Shown in pieces: positions 1-9,867 of a stretch of DNA of 62,720 nucleotides. Numbering within the stretch: the stretch's first letter is position 1; each line of letters opens with the position of its first letter. The notes below the pieces were generated by a model. It made no database searches, had not been told where the DNA came from, and saw nothing but the letters and a program-made list of their open reading frames with translations. Source of the DNA: Devosia sp. (lineage in GTDB: Bacteria > Pseudomonadota > Alphaproteobacteria > Rhizobiales > Devosiaceae); NCBI GenBank assembly GCA_035548755.1, contig DASZSH010000088.1, forward strand, positions 1-62,720. The letters are read 5' to 3'. The position numbers were made by a program, and so were the translations under genes.

Positions 1-2219
1 AGCCGGATGGGCGTGGTCACGAGCCCGCGCAGGGCGGGCATGTTCATGGCGCCAGCGGCCATGGCCCGCATGCATCGGGCGCGCCGGCCCCGGCCGAAGC
101 GTCAAAGGGGCGGCGGGGAGCTGTGACCTATACCTGCCCGATGCATCCGCAGATCGTGCGGGACGGCCCTGGCGATTGCCCGATCTGCGGCATGGCGCTC
201 GAGCCGGTTGTGGCCTCGCTTGAAGACCAGCCGAACCCCGAGCTTGAGGATTTCACGCGGCGGCTTGCGGTTTCGGCGGGGCTCAGCGTGCCGATCCTGG
301 TGCTGTCGATGGGCGAGCTCGTCGGGCTCAGATGGGGCGAATGGATCGGCGTCACGGCGGTTGGGTGGATCGAGATGGCGCTCGCAACGCCGGTGGTCCT
401 GTGGGCTGCCCTGCCCTTCTTCCGGCGCTTCTGGGCCTCGCTGGTCAACCGCTCCGCCAATATGTGGACGCTGATCGGACTGGGGGTCGGCGCGGCCTAT
501 CTGTTCTCGATGGCGGCACTGATCGCGCCGCAGCTCTTTCCGATGACGGCGGGGATGGGGCCGCCGCTCTATTTCGAGGCGGCCGCGGTGATCGTGGCGC
601 TGGTGTTTGCCGGGCAGGTGCTCGAGCTTCGGGCGCGCGAGTCGACCGGCAGGGCCATCCGGGCCCTCCTCAACCTCGCTCCGAGGACGGCGCACCGGCT
701 GCGCGGGGAGCGCGAGGAAGACGTGCCGCTCGAAGAGGTGGCCGTAGGAGACCGGCTGCGCGTGCGGCCGGGCGAGGCGGTGCCGGTCGACGGCATGCTG
801 ACCGACGGCGAAAGCGACATCGACGAATCCATGCTGACGGGCGAGCCGATGCCGGCGGCCAAGGCGCCGGGCGATGCTGTCACCGGCGGCACGCTCAACG
901 GCGCGGGCAGCTTCGTGATGACGGCGACGGCAGTGGGCGCGGCGACCCGGCTCAGCCAGATCGTGGCGCTCGTGGGCAAGGCGCAGCGCAGCCGCGCCCC
1001 GATCCAGGCGCTGGCGGACCGGGTGTCGGCGTGGTTCGTGCCGCTGGTGGTGCTCGTTGCGATCGTCAGTTTCGCGGCCTGGACTGTCCTCTCCCACGAC
1101 ATCGCCCAGGCGACGGTGGCCGCCGTAAGCGTGCTCATCATCGCCTGCCCCTGCGCGCTGGGCCTTGCCACGCCCATGTCGGTGATGGTTGCGACCGGGC
1201 GGGGAGCGCATGCGGGCGTGCTGGTCAAGGATGCGACGGCGCTCGAGGCGCTGGCGCGGGTGGACACGCTGGTCATCGACAAGACCGGCACGCTGACCCA
1301 GGGCCGCCCGGTTCTGAGCGAGGTGCTGGCGGCAGAGGGCATTGGCGAAGATCGCGTGCTCGCGGTCGCGGCCGGGCTCGAGAGCGGCTCGGCCCATCCG
1401 CTGGCGCACGCCGTCGGCGAGGCTGCGCGGGCGCGCAGGATACAGGCGCCGGGGGTGAGCGGCTTCCGCTCGGTCACCGGCAAGGGCGTGACGGGCACGA
1501 TCGGAGGGGTCGGGGCGGCGCTTGGCAATGCCGCGATGATGGCGGAAGCCGGCGTTCCGGTGCCGGAGACGTTTGCGGCGCTTCAGGCCGAACGGGCCGG
1601 ACAGGGACAGACCACGATGCTTGTCGCCGAGGGCGGCCGGGTGATCGGGCTTGTCTCGGTCAGCGATCCGGTCAGGCCGGGCGCGCGCGCCTCTATCGAG
1701 GCCCTCCGCGCCGACGGGGTGGACGTCGTGATGGCGACGGGCGATGCCCGGGCCACGGCCGAGGCGGTGGGCGCGGCGGTTGGGATCGCCCGCATCGAGG
1801 CGGGCATGACGCCCGAGGGCAAGCACGACCTTGTGGGCGCGCTGCGGCGGGCCGGCAGGGTCGTGGCGTTCGCCGGCGACGGGGTCAACGACGCGCCGGC
1901 GCTGGCGGCCGCCGATGTGGGCATCGCCATGGGCGCGGGCGCCGACGTGGCGATCGAGTCAGCCGGGATCACGCTGCTGTCAGACGATCCCGGCGCAGCG
2001 GTGCGGGCGCGCCGGCTAGCATGCGCCATGATGCAGAACATCCGGCAGAACCTGTTGCTCGCATTCGGCTACAACGCGCTGTGCATCCCCCTCGCCGCCG
2101 GCGTGCTCTATCCGCTGACCGGCTGGCTGCTCTCGCCGATGATCGCGGCGGCGGCGATGAGCCTCAGCTCGGTGAGTGTCATCGGCAATGCGCTGCGACT
2201 GAACGCGACCCGCCTCTGA
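1..2219 (+). CDS. copA: Heavy-metal (Cu+/Ag+) translocating P1B-type ATPase, 5' end outside window
   Basis: Motifs [42 protein letters not shown] and YN...MSLSS. The frame is open back to base 3 ([23 protein letters not shown]...), so the true start lies upstream of the window. Confidence 0.92.
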   Translation, partial: PDGRGHEPAQGGHVHGASGHGPHASGAPAPAEASKGRRGAVTYTCPMHPQIVRDGPGDCPICGMALEPVVASLEDQPNPELEDFTRRLAVSAGLSVPILVLSMGELVGLRWGEWIGVTAVGWIEMALATPVVLWAALPFFRRFWASLVNRSANMWTLIGLGVGAAYLFSMAALIAPQLFPMTAGMGPPLYFEAAAVIVALVFAGQVLELRARESTGRAIRALLNLAPRTAHRLRGEREEDVPLEEVAVGDRLRVRPGEAVPVDGMLTDGESDIDESMLTGEPMPAAKAPGDAVTGGTLNGAGSFVMTATAVGAATRLSQIVALVGKAQRSRAPIQALADRVSAWFVPLVVLVAIVSFAAWTVLSHDIAQATVAAVSVLIIACPCALGLATPMSVMVATGRGAHAGVLVKDATALEALARVDTLVIDKTGTLTQGRPVLSEVLAAEGIGEDRVLAVAAGLESGSAHPLAHAVGEAARARRIQAPGVSGFRSVTGKGVTGTIGGVGAALGNAAMMAEAGVPVPETFAALQAERAGQGQTTMLVAEGGRVIGLVSVSDPVRPGARASIEALRADGVDVVMATGDARATAEAVGAAVGIARIEAGMTPEGKHDLVGALRRAGRVVAFAGDGVNDAPALAAADVGIAMGAGADVAIESAGITLLSDDPGAAVRARRLACAMMQNIRQNLLLAFGYNALCIPLAAGVLYPLTGWLLSPMIAAAAMSLSSVSVIGNALRLNATRL

Positions 2220-2225
2220 CGTCGT

Positions 2226-2750
2226 TCAGTCGCTGCGGCCGCGCAGAAAGGCGATGAGATGGGCGGTGAGCGCCGCCGGCGAGGGACGAAGGGAGGCGTC
2301 GGCCGGAAGCGCCAACCTGCCGATCGGGTTGAGGGCTTCGAGGAGCTCCGGCGAGATCGTGGCCAGGTTGGCCAGGAACTCGTAGCGTGGCCCGAGCGCC
2401 AAATGCCCCCGCTCATAGGCGTGAATGGCGTCGAGCGAGGCCGGGATGAGCAGCGTCGGGTCAGACGAGGGCGGCCGCGCGCCGATATCAAGCAGGTAGC
2501 CGCGCGGGTCGACATCCGCTTCGGCGCGCAAGCTTCGGCCCGTGAAGGCGCAGGCGAAACCGTAGGACTGAAAGATCACGGCCGGGTCGGCGCCGGCGAA
2601 GGCGCGACCAGGCTGCGCCTCGCCGAACCCCTTGGGCGCCCGAGAACGACGCGCCGCTGCCGGCTGCCGCTTCGGCCGGATCGGACTTCTGCTAGCCTGC
2701 TGCTTCGGCCTCAGCGCTATCTCCCCTCCGGGTTTGCGGGGGCGGAACAT
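2226..2750 (-). CDS. Hypothetical protein resembling the C-terminal half of HNH endonucleases, catalytic residues degenerate
   Basis: YGFACAFTG ... IHAYERGHLALG ... LP...RP..AAL..H pattern resembles HNH_2-type proteins; start uncertain. Confidence 0.6.
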   Translation of the reverse strand: MFRPRKPGGEIALRPKQQASRSPIRPKRQPAAARRSRAPKGFGEAQPGRAFAGADPAVIFQSYGFACAFTGRSLRAEADVDPRGYLLDIGARPPSSDPTLLIPASLDAIHAYERGHLALGPRYEFLANLATISPELLEALNPIGRLALPADASLRPSPAALTAHLIAFLRGRSD

Positions 2751-2785
2751 AAGTGGAATCCCTTAGGCAAGGCAAACACAGTCGG

Positions 2786-2817
2786 CTAACATGTTAGTTG
2801 ACCACTAACATGTTAGT
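2786..2817. promoter_or_regulatory. Two tandem palindromic operator-like sites CTAACATGTTAG / ACTAACATGTTAGT
   Basis: Perfect palindromes at 2786-2797 and 2804-2817, AT-rich in a high-GC context, 35-65 bp upstream of the lldD ATG. Confidence 0.75.
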
Positions 2818-2851
2818 ACCTAACCTGCCGCCACCTCAGGGAGGCTACCCC

Positions 2852-4024
2852 ATGTCCGCTCTCGATCGGGCGCTCACCATCGAAGACCTCAAGGCGATGG
2901 CGCGGCGGCGCGTGCCCAAGCAGTTCTTCGACTACATCGACTCGGGCGCCTATACCGAGGGGACCTACAACGCCAACGAGGCAGACTTCAAAAGGATCAC
3001 CTTCCGGCAGCGTGTGGCGGTCAACCTCGAGAATCGCAACCTCGGCACGACGCTGCTCGGTCAACCGGTGAGCCTGCCGGTCGCCATCGCCCCCGTCGGC
3101 TCGACGGGAATGACCGACGCGGACGGCGAGATCAAGGCGGCCCGGGCGGCCGAGAAATTCGGCATTCCGTTCACGCTTTCGACCATGGCCATCTGTTCGA
3201 TCGAGGACGTCGCCGAGAACACGAGCAAGCCGTTCTGGTTCCAGCTCTATGTGATGAAGGATCGGCCCTTCGTCGAGCGGCTGATCGACCGGGCGCGGGC
3301 CGCCAGGTGTTCGGCCCTGGTGCTGACCATGGACCTGCAGATTCTCGGGCAAAGGCACAAGGACGTGCGCAATGGACTGACCGCACCGCCCAGGATCACG
3401 CCGCGTTTCGTGGCCGAAATGATGATCAAGCCCGGCTGGGGCCTGCGGATGCTCGGCACCAGGCGGCACACGTTCCGCAACATCGCCGGGCATATCAGCG
3501 AGGCGGTGAACCTGCAGTCGCTCAGCAAGTGGACCAGCTCGCAGTTCGACCTGACGCTCAACTGGAAGGATATCGCCTGGATCAAGAAGCGGTTCGGCGG
3601 GCCGGTGATCGTCAAGGGCATCCTCGACCCGGAAGACGCCCAGCTTGCAATCGACAACGGCGCCGATGCGATCGTCGTGTCCAACCATGGCGGGCGGCAG
3701 CTCGACGGGGCCCCATCGAGCATCCGGGTGCTGCCCTCCATCGTGGACGCGGTGGGCCACAAGACCGAGGTGCTCATGGACGGAGGCATCCGTTCTGGGC
3801 AGGACCTGCTCAAGGCGCTGGCGCTCGGGGCAAAGGGCGCACTGATCGGGCGCATCATGGCCTACGGACTGGGAGCCGGCGGCGAGGCTGGAGTGCTGCG
3901 CGCGCTCGAGATCGTGCGCAAGGAGACCGACACGACGATGGCCCTGATGGGCGAGCGCGACATCCGCAATATCGGACCCCACAACATCTATTCCAACGAT
4001 CTCGAACGGCGACAGGGCTACTGA
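2852..4024 (+). CDS. lldD: FMN-dependent alpha-hydroxy acid dehydrogenase (L-lactate dehydrogenase family)
   Basis: Motifs FDYIDSGA, WFQLY, SNHGGRQLD, DGGIRSG; AGGGAGG Shine-Dalgarno before ATG 2852. Exact substrate not certain. Confidence 0.85.
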   Translation: MSALDRALTIEDLKAMARRRVPKQFFDYIDSGAYTEGTYNANEADFKRITFRQRVAVNLENRNLGTTLLGQPVSLPVAIAPVGSTGMTDADGEIKAARAAEKFGIPFTLSTMAICSIEDVAENTSKPFWFQLYVMKDRPFVERLIDRARAARCSALVLTMDLQILGQRHKDVRNGLTAPPRITPRFVAEMMIKPGWGLRMLGTRRHTFRNIAGHISEAVNLQSLSKWTSSQFDLTLNWKDIAWIKKRFGGPVIVKGILDPEDAQLAIDNGADAIVVSNHGGRQLDGAPSSIRVLPSIVDAVGHKTEVLMDGGIRSGQDLLKALALGAKGALIGRIMAYGLGAGGEAGVLRALEIVRKETDTTMALMGERDIRNIGPHNIYSNDLERRQGY

Positions 4025-4116
4025 CTTACCGCGACCTAACCAAGCTTGCTCGCAATTAACTGGGCGGCCGGTCCAGGCATCGTCATGTTGGCGTCATCAC
4101 AGGAGAGACGCCCCAA

Positions 4117-4671
4117 ATGACGGCTGCGACAGTGCCCACGACTTACGAGCGCTATGATTCGACAACTATTGTCCTGCACTGGCTGACGGCGCTGCTGGTT
4201 GCGATCCTGTTCGGTACCGCTTGGCTGTGGAACAATGCTCCACGCGAATGGCACCTGCGCAGCCTGGAGGGTGTGCATGTGTCGCTTGGGATCGCGTTCA
4301 CGGCGGTGCTGGCCGCGCGGCTCGCCTGGCGCGCGCTCGCGGGACGCCGGCTGCCTGCGGTCGCAATGCCGCTCGGGGGCTGGCTGTCCCGCCTCGTCCA
4401 CTGGGCGCTCTATGCGCTGCTCGCGGCGCAGGTCGCCCTCGGATTTGCGCTCCGCTGGCTGCAGGGCGAAGATTTCGGCTTTTTCGGCCTGTTCCAGATT
4501 CCGTCCCCGTTTGCACCCGATCGGGCTGTGGCGCATCAGATCGAAGACCTGCATAATCTCTTTGCTTGGACGCTCGTGGTACTTGCAGGCGGGCACGCTC
4601 TTGTCGCGTTGATCCACCGCTACGTGCTGCGCGACGGCGTGCTCCGGCGCATGCTGCCGAGCATGGGCTGA
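4117..4671 (+). CDS. Cytochrome b561 family membrane protein
   Basis: Four TM helices with heme His motifs (LHWLTA, HVSLG, VHWALY, HNLFAW..GHALVALIHRY); AGGAG SD. Confidence 0.85.
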   Translation: MTAATVPTTYERYDSTTIVLHWLTALLVAILFGTAWLWNNAPREWHLRSLEGVHVSLGIAFTAVLAARLAWRALAGRRLPAVAMPLGGWLSRLVHWALYALLAAQVALGFALRWLQGEDFGFFGLFQIPSPFAPDRAVAHQIEDLHNLFAWTLVVLAGGHALVALIHRYVLRDGVLRRMLPSMG

Positions 4672-4861
4672 GGATCGAGGCTTTACACGCAGACGCCCGA
4701 AAGCTATCGAGAGTTCATGTTCGCGCGCATCCTCTCGATTGGCATGCTTATTACCGACCCCTCGGGGATCGGTTCGCGCGACGCTTGACCTTCACGCAAC
4801 CGGCCCCGCCATCAGGCGCGGGCGACCGATAACCTGAGGCGGGGCGACACAGAGACCCCCG

Positions 4862-5818
4862 ATGACCTCCGCCTCGTCCCCGGCCAAACCCCTTTCCCCT
4901 GTCCGCGCGCAGGCGATCGGCATCCTGCTCGCCCTGACCGGCGCAGCCCTGTTTGCGACCAAAGGCATCATCATCAAGCTCGCCGTGGCGGACGGGATCG
5001 ACACGCTCACCACACTCGCCTGGCGACAGATTGTAGCGGTGCCCGTGTTCCTGACGGTGGGCGTGATCGGCTATCTGGGACGGCGCGAAGGTGCTGCGAC
5101 GGCGGCGAAGTCCGGGCTCGACGCGCCGACGCTGGCGCGGGCCCTGGGGGTCGGCGTGCTCGGCTACTATGTTGCGAGCCTGCTCGATTTTTCGGGCCTG
5201 ACATATGTCACGGCGCAACTCGACCGGCTCATCCTGCTCACCTACCCATTCTTTGTCGTCGCGTTCGGCGTGCTGTTCTTCCGCCGCCGGGTAACACCGC
5301 TGATGATCGCGTCGTTGCTGGTCAGCTATGCGGGTATTGTTCTTATCTTCGCCCGCGATTTTGCGGTCGAAGGCGCCAACGTCGTCCTGGGTTCGCTACT
5401 GGTGTTCGGATCGGCCCTGGCCTATGCTGGGTACCAAGTGCTCGCCAAGCCGCTGATCGACCGGCTCGGCCCCCAGCTCTTCACCTCGATCGCCATGAGC
5501 GGAGCGGGCCCCGCGGTGCTGGTTCACTTTCTGGCCACGCATCCGGCGGGCGCTCTCGCCATCAACGGCGAGGGGTTCTGGCTGATGGCGGCGATCGGAC
5601 TCGTCGCCACCGTCGCGCCGGCCTATTGCATTTCGGCCGGCATTGGTCTGATCGGGCCCGAGCGCACCGCGATCATTGGCAATGTCTCCCCGCTGGTGAC
5701 GGTCGGGCTCTCGATTGGCGTGCTGGGCGAACCGTTCACCGCATGGCACGCTGCAGGAACGGCGATGGTACTGATGGGCGTGTGGCTATTCGGGCGGAGG
5801 CCTTCGAAGGGCCCGTGA
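4862..5818 (+). CDS. DMT/EamA family transporter
   Basis: About 10 hydrophobic helices with two EamA-like repeats ending LGEPFT. Confidence 0.85.
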   Translation: MTSASSPAKPLSPVRAQAIGILLALTGAALFATKGIIIKLAVADGIDTLTTLAWRQIVAVPVFLTVGVIGYLGRREGAATAAKSGLDAPTLARALGVGVLGYYVASLLDFSGLTYVTAQLDRLILLTYPFFVVAFGVLFFRRRVTPLMIASLLVSYAGIVLIFARDFAVEGANVVLGSLLVFGSALAYAGYQVLAKPLIDRLGPQLFTSIAMSGAGPAVLVHFLATHPAGALAINGEGFWLMAAIGLVATVAPAYCISAGIGLIGPERTAIIGNVSPLVTVGLSIGVLGEPFTAWHAAGTAMVLMGVWLFGRRPSKGP

Positions 5819-6161
5819 TCACAAGAGCCGATACGCGACGCGACTATGGAGAAGCGCGATCTATCAGGCGCATCAGCGTCGCAGAGGCGAGACGACTGCA
5901 TGACACTGGCGAGACGAGGACCAACTGGAGCGCGCCGCCCGGCCCTGACCTACCACCGGACTTCTGGGAGACGGCGGAGGTGATGTACCCTGAAGACTGG
6001 GAGAAGCGGTCGGTCCACCTGCGGCTCGAGCCGGAGGTGTTCGAATTTTTCAAGGCCGGCGGCAAGGGCCACATCACGCGCATGCAAACGTGCTCAAGGC
6101 CTATGTGAAGGCCAAGCAGAAGGCTCCCGGGGACAAGGCGCGCAAGAGGCGCGCCTCCTGA
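5797..6161 (+). pseudogene. Decayed BrnT toxin fragment fused to a frameshifted BrnA antitoxin
   Basis: EAFEGPVITRADTRRDYGEAR (BrnT-like, 5797-5859) runs in frame into a BrnA-like DFW...KRSVHLRLEPEVFEFFKAGGKGHITRMQ. The expected NVLKAYV tail continues in another frame after a one-base loss at about 6086-6088 and ends at TGA 6161. No proper start codon. Confidence 0.7.
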
Positions 6162-6173
6162 GCGGAGACGGCG

Positions 6174-7583
6174 CTAGATGTGGATGGCGCCGTCGCCGCA
6201 CATGAGGGCCGCTTCGCGTATCGCTTCGGTGAGCGTGGGGTGCGGCGCCGTGGTGCGGGCGAGGTCTTCGGCGGAGCCGCCGAATTCGATGAGCACGGTC
6301 AGCGCCTCGATCATCTCGGACGCATTCCTGCCGATGATATGGGCGCCCAGCACGCGGTCGGTCGCGACGTCGGCGATGACCTTGACGAAGCCCTGAGTGG
6401 CCAGCATCGCCTTGGCGCGGCCGTTGGCCGTGAAGGGAAACTTGCCGACCTTGTAGTCGACACCTGCCTCCTTGAGCTCGTCTTCGGTTTTGCCGACCGA
6501 GGCGATCTCGGGGCTCGTATAGACCACGGCAGGAATGGCGCCGTAGTTCACGTGGCCGGCCTGCCCGGCGATGATCTCGGCCACGGCGATGCCTTCGTCC
6601 TCGGCCTTGTGGGCGAGCATGGGGCCGGCGATGACGTCGCCTATGGCATAGACGTTTTCGACGCTTGTGCCGAAAAGCGGGCTGACCTCGATGCGTCCGC
6701 GGCTGTCGAGGGCAACACCTGCTTCCTTGAGACCGAGTCCCTCGGTGAAAGGCTTCCGGCCGATGGCCACGAGCGCCACGTCGGCATCAACGAGCGCCAT
6801 GTCGCCGCCTGCCGCCGGCTCCAGGCGGACGGTCAGCGAACCATCGTCCTGGCGGTCGATCGAGCGGACTTTGGTCGAAAGGCGGAACTCGACGCCCTGC
6901 TTCTGCATGATGCGCTGGAACTGTCGCGCCACCTCGGAGTCCATGCCCGGCAGGATGCGATCGAGGAATTCGACGACCGTGACCTTCGAACCGAGACGCG
7001 CCCAGACCGAACCGAGCTCGAGACCGATGACGCCGGCGCCCACCACCAGCAACCGCTCGGGAACGGCGCCCAGGGACAAGGCGCCGGTCGAGGTGACGAC
7101 CCGCTCCTCGTCGATCTCGATGCCCGGCAGCGTCGCCGGCACGGAGCCCGTGGCAATGACAATGTTTCTGGTTTCGATGATGTGAGGATTTCCTCCCGCC
7201 GGAGTGACCTGCACCCGCCCAGGGCCGGCAAGGCTGCCCGTGCCCTCGAAGGCCGTGATCTTGTTCTTCTTGAACAGGAACGCCACGCCGTTGACGTTGG
7301 CAGCGACGGTTTCGTCCTTGTGCGCCATCATCTGCGCGAGATTGAGCTGCGGCGCCGGAATGTCGATTCCCAGGTGCTGGAAATTATGCGCGGCCTCCTC
7401 GAACAATTCCGTCGAATAGAGCAGCGCCTTGGACGGGATGCAGCCGATGTTGAGGCACGTGCCGCCGAAGGTAGACATCTTTTCGACCACGGCGACCCGC
7501 ATGCCGAGCTGCGCCGCGCGGATCGCGCAGACATAGCCGCCCGGTCCCGACCCGATCACCGTGAGGTCGAATTGATCCGCCAT
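6174..7583 (-). CDS. lpdA: Dihydrolipoyl dehydrogenase (E3)
   Basis: GSGPGGY, GGTCLNIGCIPSK redox disulfide, HPTLTE; located in the suc cluster. Start set at MADQFDL. Confidence 0.95.
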   Translation of the reverse strand: MADQFDLTVIGSGPGGYVCAIRAAQLGMRVAVVEKMSTFGGTCLNIGCIPSKALLYSTELFEEAAHNFQHLGIDIPAPQLNLAQMMAHKDETVAANVNGVAFLFKKNKITAFEGTGSLAGPGRVQVTPAGGNPHIIETRNIVIATGSVPATLPGIEIDEERVVTSTGALSLGAVPERLLVVGAGVIGLELGSVWARLGSKVTVVEFLDRILPGMDSEVARQFQRIMQKQGVEFRLSTKVRSIDRQDDGSLTVRLEPAAGGDMALVDADVALVAIGRKPFTEGLGLKEAGVALDSRGRIEVSPLFGTSVENVYAIGDVIAGPMLAHKAEDEGIAVAEIIAGQAGHVNYGAIPAVVYTSPEIASVGKTEDELKEAGVDYKVGKFPFTANGRAKAMLATQGFVKVIADVATDRVLGAHIIGRNASEMIEALTVLIEFGGSAEDLARTTAPHPTLTEAIREAALMCGDGAIHI

Positions 7584-7684
7584 GGTCAGCCCCTGATTTG
7601 TTCTGCTCGTATGTAGTCGCTGCCCGCCGCGCTGGCTAGAACGGGGCGCCGGAACATCCCTGCCATGCACATCCCGGGCGGCAC

Positions 7685-8440
7685 TCAGATGCCCCTACCG
7701 CCGCCGACCGTCAGGATGGCGCCGGTCGTGTACGAGGATTCATCGGACAGCAGGAAGAGTATTGATTGCGCAATTTCCTCGGCCGTGCCCGCCCGTTTGA
7801 GGGGAACCTGCGGCGCGAGGCGCCGGGCCCGGTCGGGATCGCCGCCGGAAGCATGGATTTCGGTATCGATGATGCCGGGGCGGATCGAGTTGACGCGGAT
7901 CCCCTCGCCCGCCACCTCGAGGGCGAGACCGATGGTGAATGTGTCGATTGCGCCCTTGGCCGCGGCGTAGTCGACGTAGGAGTTGGCGCCGCCCAGGCGT
8001 GCCGCTGCGGAGGAAACGTTTACGATGGCTCCGCCCTTGCCGCCGCGCCGTGTCGACATACGTTTGATCGCCGCGATGGCGCAGAGGAAAGATCCGGTGA
8101 CGTTGACTTCGAGGATGCGGGCGATGCGGGACGCATCGAGGTCTTCAACGCGCGCCGTCTTGCCGACAATGCCGGCATTGTTGACGAGGCCGGTCAGCGA
8201 GCCGAGCCGATCAGCGGCTGCGAATATGTGTTCGACGTCGTCCGGACTCGCGACGTCACCGCGGACGGCGATGGCCTCGCCACCCCTCTCGCGGATCTGC
8301 GACACAACGCGCTCCGCCGCCTCGACATTGCCGGCGTAGTTGACCACGACGGCATATCCCCGCGCTGCCGCCAGCACCGACGTTGCGGCGCCAATTCCGC
8401 GGCTGCCGCCGGTGACGACGAGAACGCCGTTTGCCGACAC
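7685..8440 (-). CDS. Short-chain dehydrogenase/reductase (SDR)
   Basis: TGGSRGIG, NNAG, YAAAK; GTG start 8 bp after the sucB stop. Confidence 0.9.
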   Translation of the reverse strand: MSANGVLVVTGGSRGIGAATSVLAAARGYAVVVNYAGNVEAAERVVSQIRERGGEAIAVRGDVASPDDVEHIFAAADRLGSLTGLVNNAGIVGKTARVEDLDASRIARILEVNVTGSFLCAIAAIKRMSTRRGGKGGAIVNVSSAAARLGGANSYVDYAAAKGAIDTFTIGLALEVAGEGIRVNSIRPGIIDTEIHASGGDPDRARRLAPQVPLKRAGTAEEIAQSILFLLSDESSYTTGAILTVGGGRGI

Positions 8441-8447
8441 GACGCGC

Positions 8448-9812
8448 CTAGAGATCGAGGACGAGCCGCTCGGGAGCCTCGAGACTCTCCTTGACACGGA
8501 CGAGGAAGGTCACGGCCTCCTTGCCGTCGACGATGCGGTGATCGTAGCTCAGGGCCAAATACATCATCGGGCGGACGACGATCTGGCCATCGATGACCAC
8601 CGGCCGATCCTGGATTTTGTGCATGCCCAAAATGCCCGATTGCGGGGCATTGAGAATGGGCGTCGACATCAGCGAGCCGTAAACGCCGCCGTTGGAGATG
8701 GTGAACGTGCCGCCCTGCATGTCGGCCATGCTGAGCTGGCCGTCGCGGGCGAGCCGGCCCAGCCGGGCCACCTCTTTCTCGATGCCGGCGATACCGAGCT
8801 TGTCGGCGTCGCGCACAACCGGCACGACGAGCCCGCGGTCGGTACCCACAGCCACACCGATGTGGGCGTAGTTCTTGTAGATGATCTCGTCACCGTCGAT
8901 TTCGGCGTTGACGTTGGGAATCTCCTTGAGGGCGTGGACGACGGCCATGGTGAAAAAGCCCATGAATCCGAGCTTCACACCGTGTTTCTTCTCGAAAATA
9001 TCCTTGTATTGCGCGCGCAAGTCCATGATGGGCTTCATATCCACCTCGTTGAAGGTGGTGAGCATGGCTGCGGTGTTCTGCGCATCCTTGAGGCGGCGGG
9101 CGATGGTTTGGCGGAGCCGCGTCATCTTCACCCGCTCCTCGCGCGCCTCGTCGGCCTGGGCCACGGGGCCCCGGGCGACGTTTTGAGGCGCCGACACAGC
9201 ACCTTCCGCGCGCACCGAAGCGGCTGGGGCGGTTGCGGGCTGGGCCCGGGGGGCCTCGGCGGCGATCTGACGGACCGGCGCGGATTGCGGGGCAGCGGGA
9301 GCGGCCATGGGCCTGGCCATGGCAGCAACGACGTCTTCCTTGAGCACTTGGCCACGGCGCCCCGAGCCATTGATGCTCTCGGCGGATATGCCGTTTTCGA
9401 CCATCAGCTTGGCGGCCGCGGGGGCCGGGGGCGGCACGGCGGCACCGTTACCACCGCCAGCGGGCATAGCGGGCGCCGGAGCCGGTTCGGCCTTCGGGGC
9501 CGGCGCGGCAACCTTGGCGGCGGGAGCTGGAGCTGGAGCTGGTCTGGCGGCCTCGGGCTTGGGCGCGGCCGCCGCACCCTCCCCGATCGCCCCGATCAGG
9601 GAACCGACGTTGACCGTGTCGCCCGGCTGAGCCGAGATCGCTTCGAGAACGCCAGCTGCAGGCGCCGGCACTTCGATCGTGACCTTGTCGGTCTCGAGTT
9701 CGACCACAGGTTCATCGGCGGCGACGGCGTCGCCGACTTTCTTGAACCACTGGCCGATGGTCGCCTCGGTGACGCTTTCGCCCAGCGTCGGAACCCGGAT
9801 GTCGGTCGCCAT
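8448..9812 (-). CDS. sucB: 2-oxoglutarate dehydrogenase E2, dihydrolipoamide succinyltransferase
   Basis: Lipoyl domain ETDKV, Ala/Pro linker, DHRIVDG catalytic motif. Confidence 0.97.
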   Translation of the reverse strand: MATDIRVPTLGESVTEATIGQWFKKVGDAVAADEPVVELETDKVTIEVPAPAAGVLEAISAQPGDTVNVGSLIGAIGEGAAAAPKPEAARPAPAPAPAAKVAAPAPKAEPAPAPAMPAGGGNGAAVPPPAPAAAKLMVENGISAESINGSGRRGQVLKEDVVAAMARPMAAPAAPQSAPVRQIAAEAPRAQPATAPAASVRAEGAVSAPQNVARGPVAQADEAREERVKMTRLRQTIARRLKDAQNTAAMLTTFNEVDMKPIMDLRAQYKDIFEKKHGVKLGFMGFFTMAVVHALKEIPNVNAEIDGDEIIYKNYAHIGVAVGTDRGLVVPVVRDADKLGIAGIEKEVARLGRLARDGQLSMADMQGGTFTISNGGVYGSLMSTPILNAPQSGILGMHKIQDRPVVIDGQIVVRPMMYLALSYDHRIVDGKEAVTFLVRVKESLEAPERLVLDL

Positions 9813-9867
9813 TCAGTCGCTCCTTGAGAGTGCGGCATGGCCGGTCACTGCCGGCCACGAGCCGATA

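Noticed and set aside
4700-4850. Hairpins between the cytochrome b and DMT genes as a possible riboswitch or sRNA
   Set aside because: GC-rich stems are present, but I could not recognise any aptamer consensus or expression platform.
9522-9542. GGAGCT tandem repeat
   Set aside because: It encodes the ordinary Pro-Ala linker of SucB.
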